Below, one piece after another: positions 12,539 through 23,800 of a stretch of DNA of 64,000 bases. The stretch's first letter is position 1. Each line of letters begins with the position of its first letter. The translations under genes were made by a program, and so were the position numbers. Below the pieces are notes generated by a model. That model was not told the DNA's origin, did no database searches, and was given only the letters and a program-made list of their open reading frames with translations. The stretch comes from Lama guanicoe. Taxonomy: Eukaryota. Location of the stretch: assembly GCA_013239625.1 (NCBI GenBank), contig MU053934.1:12311413-12375412 (forward strand), read 5' to 3'.

Positions 12539-12910
12539 GCCCCCTCTTCAAGCCGGGCCCTCGCCCCCGGCCCTGCACGCTTTCTCGGGGCCCTGGCAAG
12601 GGGATGGCCGGTTGAGGCGCCGCCCAGGACGGAACGCGAGGCCGGGCCCGCGCGTCCGCCCGCAGACCAGGTCCCCTCACCCCGGAGAGAGCGCGAGGCC
12701 CAACTCCCGCCGCCGCCGCCGTCGCGTCATCTACACGCGACGGGCCCAACGGCAGAGCCGGCGCCAAGGAATTGCGTCACGCGGGAGGCCAGCGGCCAAG
12801 GCGGAGGGGGCGGAGCCTGAGGCCGAGGTCCAAGGGCGCTTCCGGCCCGGAGCCCCGTTCAGGTTGGTGGGAAACTGAGGCGGGCGGCGGGCTCAATAAA
12901 GGAGGCGGAG
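11650..12910 (-). promoter_or_regulatory. CpG island covering TUBGCP6 exon 1 and promoter
   Basis: Dense CpG, GC boxes near 12807 and 12880, an ETS-like CTTCCGG at 12839-12845, CRE/ATF-like TGACGC sites at 12723-12730 and 12772-12779, and a short (CCG)n run at about 12707-12721. Confidence 0.8.
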
Positions 12911-13199
12911 TCAGATTTTCGCTGAGTTGACGTTTACTTATTGGGCTTGGAGGGAGCGAGGCAGGGGCTGTTCGGGAGAGGCGGGTCCCGGAGAGGGATT
13001 CCAGGCCGTTGCAGGGGGCATGGAGCCCCTGAGCCGGTGTCCTTGGCAGCCGGGTGGCCTGGCCCTCGGGACAGAAGCCTCAGGCAGAGGTGTGCTGGTG
13101 AACAGTTAACAACCGGCTCTTGGGGACCGGTCTGTAGTGACTTATCCAGCATGGAAATACGCCTTTCCTGGCGGATTTCAAGCTACCAGGTCACAGCAC

Positions 13200-16100
13200 T
13201 CAAGGAGACGCTGAGAAGAGGTGCACAATCAGCTTCACAAGGCTATAAGCTCGTTCAGGGCAGCACCTCACTCACCAGGACAAGAGCCCCTCTCCCCAGA
13301 GCTCTAAGGCAGGACTGTCACCCAAGGCCCTAAGCACTCACCCTGAGCCTCACCACCCCCACCCCAGCCTCACCGGCCACCTGCAGCATCTTCCACTGTG
13401 GCTCCAGTGGCCCTCTCAGGTGCATCAGGGCCTGCATGTCCTCTGGGGAGGCCATGGAGAAGGGGCCCAGGCTAGGGGGTGCCTCTCCATGCAGCACCCC
13501 GGCCAGGACCCCCACAAGCTGGGGTGTGGATTCCTGGGCCAGGGGCAGAGATGGAAGCAGTGATCACTGGTTTCTCCCATATCCCACCCCATAGCATGTC
13601 CACCTGGCATAACTCACCTCATCTATGAGGGCCAAGACTCGGCCCCCTGCTGGGCCCCGCAGCAGTGCAGTCAGGAGCCCAGCTTGGGGATCCCTCAAGC
13701 CATGGGTGGGCCCCAGTGCCACCAGCACCAAGTCAGGCTGGAAGCTGTAGGCCAGGGGCAGCACCAGGGCCAGGACACAGTTCAGGAAACCACCAGTAGT
13801 CTATGGGAGTGACAGCAGAATACCCCAGCCCCTCATCCACGGGACACACCTCCTGCCCGCCTAGGTCACCCCACCTCCCAATCTCAGATGGGCAGATGCA
13901 CCCACTGTTGCCCCAGGAGGGGCAGGTGAGGGCCAGGGGCCTGGCCCTCATGACACCACCACTCACCCCTGGCAGGGGCACACACACGTGGAATGTGGAC
14001 GGGGCAGCTGCCTCCTTGCCCCCGATGTTCAGCCACAGAGTCCTCCTTCCAAGGGACAGCGAGCATGTATGTGAGACGCTGCCCACCCTCCAGAGCCCAG
14101 ATAGCAGCAGGAGTGAGGCTCAGGGGCAAGACTGCTAAGACCTTATGCTGGAGACCCCCCTGGCATTGCTCCCAGAGGCCCTTCTGCCAAACTCCAACCG
14201 TACAAGGCCCTGCCCACCTGTCACCCCTGGGGATCCAGGGTGATATGTCCGCCCACCCATATGCAGAACGGGACATACATATGACCCGAGAGTCATACCC
14301 ATCATCAGTGAGATCTGGGGGCCGATCCAGCTGTCCCACAGCCACACAAAGCAGTCTGGAGGAAGAGTTGGCCCCTGGATAGTCTGCACTTACCCTGCCT
14401 TGAGTCCATCCCCAGAGCCCTCCCAATGTGGCCCTGCCCTTGGAGTCTCAGGCCAGCCAGATGAGGCTTACCTCTGGGCTCCATGGGACAGGCCACACCG
14501 AATGGCCACGTCCAGGGTGGCCGCTGTGGCAGGGGCTGGGGTGGCTGCAATCCCACTGCTCACCTGTGGGATAAATAACAGCCGTGGAGTGGAACTCCCC
14601 AATCAGGTAAATAGCCCTATCTACTCCTTCTTTTGGTCCCTGTCTACATGGCTGTCACCTGTGCAATCTGACAGCAAATTGCTCCACTTCTGCAAATAAG
14701 ATGCTTAAAATTGTACTTTAAGTCATCCCCTTTATCTCTTGGCCAAAGAGCATTTAATTGAGGGAACTGAGGGGGGTTGTTCCTGAACCCTGTACATGGG
14801 GGCTGTTCTGGGGAAGGTCCCAGGCACAAGGCAACACTCATGTCCACATGGTTCTGTACCACCCAGCCCTCCCCTGGACAAGCCACCTGTCATGGGCAGG
14901 TCCTGGGCTCTGCCCCTGGCTCCACAGCCACCCCCAACCCCTCCCAGGTGTCCCCACCTGTCCATCCAGGAGCCTGTCCAAGAGATACAGGACCTTCCCC
15001 AGTGCAGTGAGGGCCTTGTCCTGGGCCAGGGCCTTGTGTGGCCTGTGGTGGACAAACGAGAGGGACACAGGACCCAGAATGAGTCACAGACAGGCACACG
15101 TGCAGACAGGGCCCAGCCTTCTCCCCAGGCCCACCCTGCCCACCTGGCCCAGGCCTGCATCTCCTCCGGCAGGGCTGACCTCTCCTGACAGAGGACACCC
15201 GGGGGCAGGACCAGCGCAGCATCTGGTGCAGTCAAGGCAACAGCTGTGCGGACAGGGGGCGTGGGGTTGAGGCACAGCTTGTCCAGGAGGGAGCTCAGGG
15301 CAGCCATGGTCTGGGTACCTGCTGCCTTGAATTCGGGCCCCCAGGGCAGCAGAGGCGAGGGCTTCCCCTCGGGGGAGCAGGTGCTGGGACTCAGTACAGG
15401 GGCTGCACCTAAGGGGTAATTCAGAGTCAAAGCCACTGCGTGGGAGCCTGAGGCGCAATCCCGCCAGCGCAGTCCCGCCACGACCCAGGCCGTGCTGACC
15501 TTGCTGCCGGAGGCTCATCCAGTAAGGGGCCTGGGCTGCCCGGACACTCTGGATAGACTCCAGGGCGCTGTGGGGAGAGGCAAAATCAGTGAGGCCTGGT
15601 CCCCCGGCCCTAGCCCATCCCACCCTCCGCCCCTCGCACCTGCCGTGTGGCACCATGGGCCCTGACAGGGGTGGGGCAGGGTCGCCCAGCAGCGCTTGCA
15701 CCATCATGCACACAGACTGGGAGAGTGACTCCAGGTGGTAGCCACCCTGGGAGAAGGGGGAGGGCAGAGACATGACAGGGCAGGGATGTCACTGTCCCAG
15801 GCAGGACACCCTGCCCCAAGTGGCAGGACCCCTCTGACTGCATTGCAGCCTCTGGCCCATGCACCCTCCCTGATCGCCCCAGTCACCTCCAGCACAGCAC
15901 AGACCCTGCCGTCAGCCAGCACCTGCAGCAGCTGAGTGAGGTGGGCAAAGCACTCTGGCGTGGCCTGCATCTGCCCCTGGAAACCAGAGCAAGGTATGAT
16001 GAGGGCCTGGCCCCAGGACCCCAGAAGCCCTCCTCAGCCAGACCCAGCCCTCACCTCAGGATCTCCGATTGCTGAGTCAAATCCTGCAGAGACTAGGACC

Positions 16101-18130
16101 AGCTCAGGGTTGAACTGCAGGCAGGGCCAGGTGGGGCGGGGCAGAAGTGGAGCTGGAGCAGCAGCGAAGGGGAGGGGGCCCTCCAGAGAGACCCTCCTCG
16201 CCCCGAAGGGCTCTGTTCCTCTCTGGTGGAATGAAGGGGGCCCCAAATCCCCTCCCACTCTCCTGCCATCAAGACCACTGCTACCCCACATGCAGTCACC
16301 TCAAAGGCCAGGGGCAGCAGCACGTGCAGGAAGGCAGCCATATAGTCAGCATTTCCCATCCCGACCTGCAGCCACGGGGCGTCAGTGTTGGCCCTGCCAG
16401 GGGGGACTGCGGGGTCTCCACCCCTGGGGCTTGGACTCCAGGGGTGATCCTGGCACGGTGCCCTGGGCTACGCTCAGGGAGGGGAATGTGGGCTGGGTGA
16501 GGGGCTCTGGGTGGGGGCCTGGGGTGAGGGGCAAGCACCTGGTTCCAGGGGAGGTTGACAGTAAAGCCAAGGCCCTGCCCCTGCCCGACAGCATCTGCAT
16601 CTGACTCTCGCAGATAAGGCCAGAAGCGCCTGTGCTCATAGCGGTGCCAGGAGAAGTAAAGGACGCTGCAACAGCCAGCCGGGGTCAGAGGTTAGCGGTC
16701 AGGACCCTCAGCCCCCTGGGCTCATCACAGAACCCTGACCCCCTGAGCACACAGCCATGTCTCCCCGCCTCAGACTTTCCCAGGCCAGGCTATGTGTCCT
16801 GGAAAGCGAGGACGCAGGGAAGAGTCCGGTCCCCACCTCCAGCTTACCTGGGGTCATCCTCAAAGATATACTGGGTGCCCTGGCCATGGTGAACATCCCA
16901 GTCAACGATGAGGACCCTGCAGACAGACAGCTCTGGGACCACCGAGGGGCAGGGCCTCCCCTCTCCAGGCCAGGAACAGGCCCAGGATGGGGGGGGACAG
17001 GGTCTCCCAGAGGCCCAGTCTGTCCCCTTCCTGTCTGGTCTGGACCCCCTCTGCAGCCAAACTGGCACAAACCTGTGCAGTCCGTGTTTCTGCTTGGCAT
17101 GTCTGGCCGCTATGGCCACATTGTTGAACACACAGAATCCATTGGCGGCAGCCCGCTGGCTGTGGTGCCCAGGAGGCCTGGGGGTGACAGTGGTCATCCT
17201 GTGTCCTCACAGGGCCACCCACAGGCAGGGCAGCTGGGGAGGGGCAGCTCTCACCTCACCAGGGCAAGACCATTGCGCACAGCTCCCGTCATCACCGCGT
17301 CCACCAGCTGCAGTGCGGCACCCACTGCCAGACGGGCACAGTGGAAGGTCCTCTGTGGGGACGGAGGTGCAGATAAGCCCCTGCCCACTTTCCCTCACAG
17401 GCTCTACCAAGACCTGTGCCAGGCTGCAGGTCACCAAGCATTGAGCACAACGGGCCAGGCCAGTCCCGGGTGCTAGAAGCCAGCAGGTCTCTGGCACCCA
17501 GAACATTGGCCGAGAACAGTTTCAAGTACTGGGATGTGAGACTGGGTGAGTGGGTGGGTGTGTCCCCAGAGCACCCACCGGATGGAAGTAGACGGCATCG
17601 TACTGTCCAGACAGGGCCTGGAGCTCCTGGGTGCCCAAGGCCTGGGTCCCCCGCAACAGGGCCACATACTCCGGGCTGCAGAGGGGCAGGCAGGCAGAGC
17701 AGGGTCACCAGGAGGAGCAAGTAGAAGAGAACGAGGGCCTGGACCCCCAGCGGGACTGCCCACCTCAATGCTCCCTCACCCACCCATCCAACCGTGAAAC
17801 TGAGGCACGTGGGGGAGGCTCTGGCAGGTGCTGGCCAGCTGGGGCCTGACGCCCACCCAGGGTCTGACCTGTGCACCAGGCCCAGCTCTGCCTCTGAGGC
17901 TTCCCGGGCTACCAGCCGCAGACACCTCTGCTCCAGGCCACGCTGCTGCAGGCCCTCCAGAGCTGCAGTCAGGCGCTGGGGACACTCGATCTCGCATTCG
18001 GGGCTGAAGGGACAGAGAGCTCAGAGTCCAGAGCCCCTCCTCATCCCCCACCCCTGCCAGGTCACACTTACTCCTCCCAGAGCAGCCGGGCAGCTGTCAT
18101 GTCCTCATGGTACACAAGTGCGGTCCCCAT
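13200..18130 (-). CDS. HDAC10: Histone deacetylase 10 (polyamine deacetylase), 20 coding exons, 670 aa
   Basis: Exons 18130-18072, 18003-17869, 17675-17579, 17352-17255, 17177-17073, 16916-16848, 16665-16539, 16365-16300, 16114-16055, 15976-15887, 15746-15640, 15567-15500, 15408-15144, 15042-14958, 14563-14472, 14355-14299, 14045-13967, 13800-13618, 13533-13374, 13210-13200; sum 2013 nt, all GT-AG. Reads [11 protein letters not shown]...PECEIE...RPPGHH...DWDVHHGQG...[13 protein letters not shown]...LEGGY...WKMLQVAASP*. The last exon is the least certain. Confidence 0.96.
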
Positions 18131-18920
18131 GGCCCGACCGTGGTCACTGTGGGCCACCCAGGGTGGGCAGGACACAAACGCTCCCACTACAGGCTAATAA
18201 GTGCACTGCCCGCCCCACTATGCAGCCCCGTGGAGCAGCTCAAGGCCTGGGGCACAGCAGGGAGCGTCGGCTCGGATCCTGGGCGGGAACACGCAGAGCC
18301 CGGGCAGGAAGGAGGCCCCAGGCCCAGCACGCGCCAGAGCCAGGCGGGAGTCGATAGGGTGGCTCCCGAAGCCTGGCTTCCGTCTTTCTCCTTGTCAGAC
18401 CTGCCACTGACCCGCCTCCGGATGCCCCAAACCCCGCCCCGACACAGCAGGGCGGGAAGACGACTGGGCCCCTCGGGGCTGCGCCCGCGCGGCCCCTCCC
18501 TCCAGCTCCGCTCCACCTCCCCCCCCGCCCCGCCCCTGGCCGGGAGCAGGACGCGGGTCACCGACCTCGGCGTCCATCCGGAGGTGAGAGCGGACGGGCG
18601 TGAGGACCGAGGACCAGTGTGCCCAGGCTCCTGCGGACTGTCGCGGCGGCCCCACCTACGCGCTGAGCCGAGCCACGCGCGTCCGTGCCCCTCCGCCCCA
18701 AGGCCCACCCGACCGCGCAGACCACCGGTCAGACGTCAGCAGCCCATCGCGCCCAGCGCTGCCCCAGACCCGCCCCCCTGCAGCCAGAGTCAGGAAGGAG
18801 CTGCGCGGCAAGGAGGGCGAGACCGAGGTTCCGCAGGGTCAAGGCCACGAGGGGGAGAGAGCCCCACCCAGGGACTGTGGTCGTGGTTTAGCTTGGCCTG
18901 GGCGCTGACCCCAAGGCTCA
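18100..18920 (-). promoter_or_regulatory. HDAC10 CpG-island promoter and 5'UTR
   Basis: CpG-dense, with GC boxes (CCCCGCCCC near 18431 and 18525), directly upstream of the ATG at 18130. Confidence 0.7.
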
Positions 18921-20413
18921 TGAAGGAAGTGACAGTGTCCGATCTGAAGCTCTAGGAGCTGAAGGAGCAAACGAGTCGGAGGGTCAGGGTAGTAGCAGAG
19001 AAGCTGGACCTGAGCGGAGCAACTTTGGGGAAAGCAGGGCGGGAGGCTGAACTGAGGGAAAGGCCAAAGGAGGAAGGGTGTGGAAGAGGGATGAATGAGT
19101 GAGTGAATGAATGAATAGGGCCAGCAAAGGAGGAGACACGGGCACAGACAGTAACAAGGTGGCCAGAGAGTGGAGGAAACATGGGCCGCCGGCCTGAAAC
19201 CGAGCGGCGCTGGGGACTGAGCTCTGGGGGCGGGTCCGTGGGCAGGGCCCAGGGGTTTGTAGGCGGGGAACTGGGCGGGTCTTTTACAGACAGGGCTTGG
19301 GCAGGGGTTCTGGATTCTGGGAGGCCGGGCATCTTGGAGACACAGCCCTGGAGGTGGGTCTCTTGGAACTGGGGCGTGGGCAGGGGTCCCGGCGTCTTGG
19401 AGGCTGGGCCCTGGGGCGAGGGTGCCCCTGACAGGGCCCTGCTGCCCGCCGCCTCGTGTGGACCACCAACGTCCTGGTTAGGGTACCGGCGGCACGGGTG
19501 GCTGGCGGCCCGCCGGGCTCGGGGAATCTGTGCTCGCCGCAGAGCCAGTCACGGAGGCTAGGGAACGGCGTGCTCTGATTGGTCAATCTGAGCGCGTGGT
19601 CACGAAGGCGGGGCTTGCTGCAGACAGTCCCGCTTGGATCGCTGGGAGCGGGGAGGGTCTGGGCCGGGCTCTGTCACAGAAGCGCGGGACGGGCCCCTGG
19701 ACAGAGAAGGCCGGTATCCACTGTAACAACTCGTCTGACCAGCTGTACGTCTACCCGACCTCCAGGTCGGGAGAAGGGAGACAGCCTGGCCCCAACTTCG
19801 GCGCACCTACCAGGGGGACAGGTGGGAGGAGCCAGGGTGGCCGCAAGAACACAAGGTTGGCCCCTGACTCAGCTGCCGGCCCTCGGAGACGTCGAATGGC
19901 CAGCCGAGGGCTGCGCAGGCTCGTAAATGGCGCGGGGGCGTGGCCCAGGAAGGGGCAGGAAAAGCGCACAGAACCCATCCTTCCGTTGTGGGACAGCCGT
20001 CTGGAGGCGCCTAGCTTGATTGACCCTGCCTCCCCAGGACCCCGGCCTTGAAGAGTGCAGGGAGGCCAAACATCGGAGACTGAGCCCCATGTTGGACCCT
20101 AACCTCCTACCCCCATCAGTCCCTGCCCTAGGCCTGGTGCCAGTGTCTAAGCCATTAGAGGTAGGCCGCTCCACAAGAGGGGACAGGCCAAGCCCTAATG
20201 CAGGGTCACCAGGCTTGGGGCTCACTGGCACAGGATGGAAGAGGTGGGCACCAGCTTTGTGACCTGGGAGGGAAGGCCCAGTGGGCCAGGACAGGCCTGA
20301 GGCTCCCAGGCCGGCCTCCTTACTCTATACAGAGCTGCAGTTCAGAAGCCTAAATTTTGAGATCCAGCCCAAAACTCAGGAAGTGAGGCCAGAGTGGGAG
20401 CTCTACAAAAAGG

Positions 20414-20419
20414 TTTATT
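20414..20419 (-). terminator. MAPK12 polyadenylation signal AATAAA
   Basis: TTTATT on the plus strand, about 460 nt downstream of the stop codon. Confidence 0.8.
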
Positions 20420-20796
20420 TCCTTCAAGCCAGGTGGCCATTATCACGTGGCCAATTTACATTCCAGGCTGGGGTGCAGGAGCGTCCACACCAATGCCCCC
20501 AGGAGACACATCCCTGAGTCAGCACCCCACGCCCTCCCTGCCCAAGCTGGGCCTCAGCACAGTCCAGCACAGGCAGGGTCAGGGGCCTGGCCTTGACCCC
20601 AAAACCAATCCTGCCCCACAGGCTCTAGGCTTCTCGCTGCACCTGGGGAGGAACCACGACTCAGGGGTCAGAGCAGGCATCGTGTCCAGAAAACCCAGAC
20701 ACTCCTCCGCAGCAAGTTGAGATGGGGCCTGAGCGAGGTGGCAGGCTTGCAGAGGGGTTCCATGGAACCAAGAGGCTCCTGGGATGTAAGTTCCAA

Positions 20797-20826
20797 CATG
20801 GTCATGGTCATGGTCATGGTCATGGT
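20797..20826. repeat. (CATGGT)5 hexamer repeat in the MAPK12 3'UTR
   Basis: Five perfect copies read directly. Confidence 0.9.
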
Positions 20827-20879
20827 GGCAAACAGGATCTCCGTTCCAGGCGGAAGCCCCAGCCAGGGCCCAGGGGTCT

Positions 20880-23800
20880 TCAAAGGGCTGTCTCCTTGGA
20901 GACCTTGGCCCCCAGCTGCCGGGGAGGCTTGAAGCTGAGCACCTCTTTATATGTGTCACCTGAGGCCAGGAGAGAGGAGCAGAGACAGTAATGGGAGAGG
21001 GGTCCTTCCCTGTCACCCAGCTCCCACAGTGTACACCAGGCGTGGATGCAGTGACCAAGGCAAAGCACTGGGCCCAGCTCACCGGGTGCCACCCGGACCA
21101 GTGGTAAGTCCTGTGAGACCCCACTCAGATAGGGGTGGGAAGAGCTCCCAGGCCCAGAGCATAGGCTGTTAGTCACTGACCTAGAGGCCCACCCCCCCAA
21201 AACAAGAGTCAGAGATCACTGCTGGGGCATAGGCACCAGATGGGCTCCTTTGTCCCACACGTGCAAGTCCATCCCAGGCCACGGCCACTCTCAACCCACC
21301 CGTGTCCATCCACAGGGACTGTCCACCTTGATGGGGCTCCTGTAACCCAAACCCACCACCCCTAGCATGCCCTTGGCCCTACCGCCCACCGCAGTGAACC
21401 AAGAACATCCTAGGAATGAAAACTAATGTGCTCACTCAAGTGGAGCTGCTCAGGGTCCCACCAGGGCACACCCCAGCTTCCGGATCCAGAATTTCTATGA
21501 AGGCTCAAATGAGTGAGGAATTCCCACCAACTACCTGCAACATCCACCTTCCTCGCCTGCGGTCATGTTCCCTGAACTGTGTTCCCAGAGTGAGCCGTCC
21601 CACAGGAAGGGTGGGGAGCCTGCAGGCTCTGTCTCCCCTCTGAGTGGTCTGCAAAGGGACAGTTCCGCTCAGCCTACCCCAATGCTCCCACACTCACCTG
21701 ACCAGGGGAGCACCTGTTCTGGGGACCACTGGTCCCCACAGGCCCAATGCAGGAAGGACTCTGCCTTCCGAGCCGGTGGTCTGTGTGGTTTGCCCAGCAT
21801 GTGACACAGGTCTATTCCCACCCCATGGGGTGCCTCCCAGGCCCTTCGTCTAATCCTCACACAGGGGCCAGTCCACACGGAAGGTTTGTGTGAGGGGGCC
21901 ATTGCTATAAAGCTGGCTTTTCCCAGGGAAATGAGGTAATGGGTTTGCATTTCTGATCAGGGGCTCAGCCACAAGGAGGTCATGTTTCCTTTTTTGGTCC
22001 TACATGGTCTGTAGTAAAAGCAAAAGCTCTTACTACGGTCTGTGGTGGGAACCGCAGAGAAGATCCTGTGGCCCGTGGTTTTCACGTTATCTTTTTTAGC
22101 AACGGAAAACATAAACACAAAACACAGCACAGATAAAGGCGGAGGCCCTGCTGGAGGCACCAAGAATCCAATGACCCTGAGGAACATGGTTTGAGAACCA
22201 CAGTCTTTCCAGCCCCATCCCTACCCCCATATGCAGGACCATGACCCTGGGTCTGAGGCAGAGCAAGGATGAGACTAGGACAATGGCAGCCATGTGCTAT
22301 AGCGTCAATGGTGTTAAGCACTGCCCTTAGGCATCCCTGCACTCCCAGGCAGGCCCTGCAGCCACTGAGGGGAGACACCTGCTGTCCTGGAGTAGACATG
22401 GGTGAGGCCCATTCCAGCATGGTGTGTCAGGACCCCAGTAGAAGGAGGCCTGGGACTGGCCAGGTGTCCCTGAGCCCAGCCAGAGGCTGAGCAGATGCTG
22501 GCAGCCCTCAGACGGGAGGAGAAGGGTCTGGGTCTAAGGGGATGGCCAGTGCGAAGCCGGGAGGTGCAGAGCACAAATGGAAGGGGGTCTGAACACCCAG
22601 TGGGGCTGGAGGGGTCAGGGATGAGTAGCAAGAAAGCATGAGGTTCTATGGGCTGCCTGGGGCAGACCTCATCCTGCTGGCAGGATGAGGGGTGTGCAGC
22701 TGTCCATGTCAGGGGGCAACCTGAAAGGGGCAAAGAGAGGCATGAAGATTCCAGAGGTATGAGGAGCGGCCCGGGGGAGTGGGTGCTGAGGGGCTCCACG
22801 GTAGCCCAGTCTGGCCTAGTCGGGGCGGGGAGTGCCGGCAGGCCTGGGGGCCCGGGGAGGCTAAGCGCTCACAGCTGCCCTGAGCTTGCAGCTGCCTCCC
22901 CAGTTTCCAGAATTCATCTCCCGTTTGTGCCAAGTCCTGGCCATGAATGCCCTCCTTTCCATCCTTCAGCTCTAGCCAGAGGTCACCTTGACCAAGAGAC
23001 TCAGCTGCCCTCTGACCCCCTACTCTGTTCCTGGGGTTGAGGGACCCAGGATCCTGAGCCCTGCCAGAGCCCCTGACTCACGCTTCCACTCATCCAGTGT
23101 GCGGTCCACGTCATCAAAGGACTCATCGTACTTCTGGGCCTTGGGCTCGTCCTCCGTGTCCTGCAGGGCCTCAAAGTAGGGGTGGGCCAGCGCCTCGGCT
23201 GCCGTCACCCTCCGCTCTGCATCTAGCACCAGCATTTTCTCCAGGAGGTTCACGGCTGGGGGGTTGGGCAGATCAGGCTGGGCCAAGGGGAGGCTCCTAG
23301 GCCCCAGGCCCCTGTCACTGACTGCATGCCCACCCAGGCCCACCTACCCAGAGGGCTCGCATTGGTCAGGATGGAGGCAAAATCCTTCTTCTCCAGCTCA
23401 GGGAGGCCCTTCATATAATTCTTAGCCTGTGTGGGAACAAGGGGTGAGGGGCCAGCCCCCAGCCCTCCGGCTCACGCCCAGCTCCCAACTGACCTCATCG
23501 CTCTGCAGCCTCTGCACAAACTCAGCAGGGGGCGTCCCCGTCACCTTCATGATCTCCTTCAGCTGGTCCAGGTCTTTGCCAAGGTCAGGAGTACAAGGTA
23601 GGGCCAGAGAGCAGGGCTCACCTACCCCAGAGCTGGACAATGGGCCCGGCCTGCCCCCCACAGGTGCAGGGCAAACCCCGCCCCTGCCCCAGGTGTAGGA
23701 TACGATCGTTGCCTTTGAAGAGTGTCTTCCCTGTGATCATCTCTGCCATGATGCAGCCCACTGACCAGATGTCCACTGAGACAGAAGCCCCTGCATCAGG

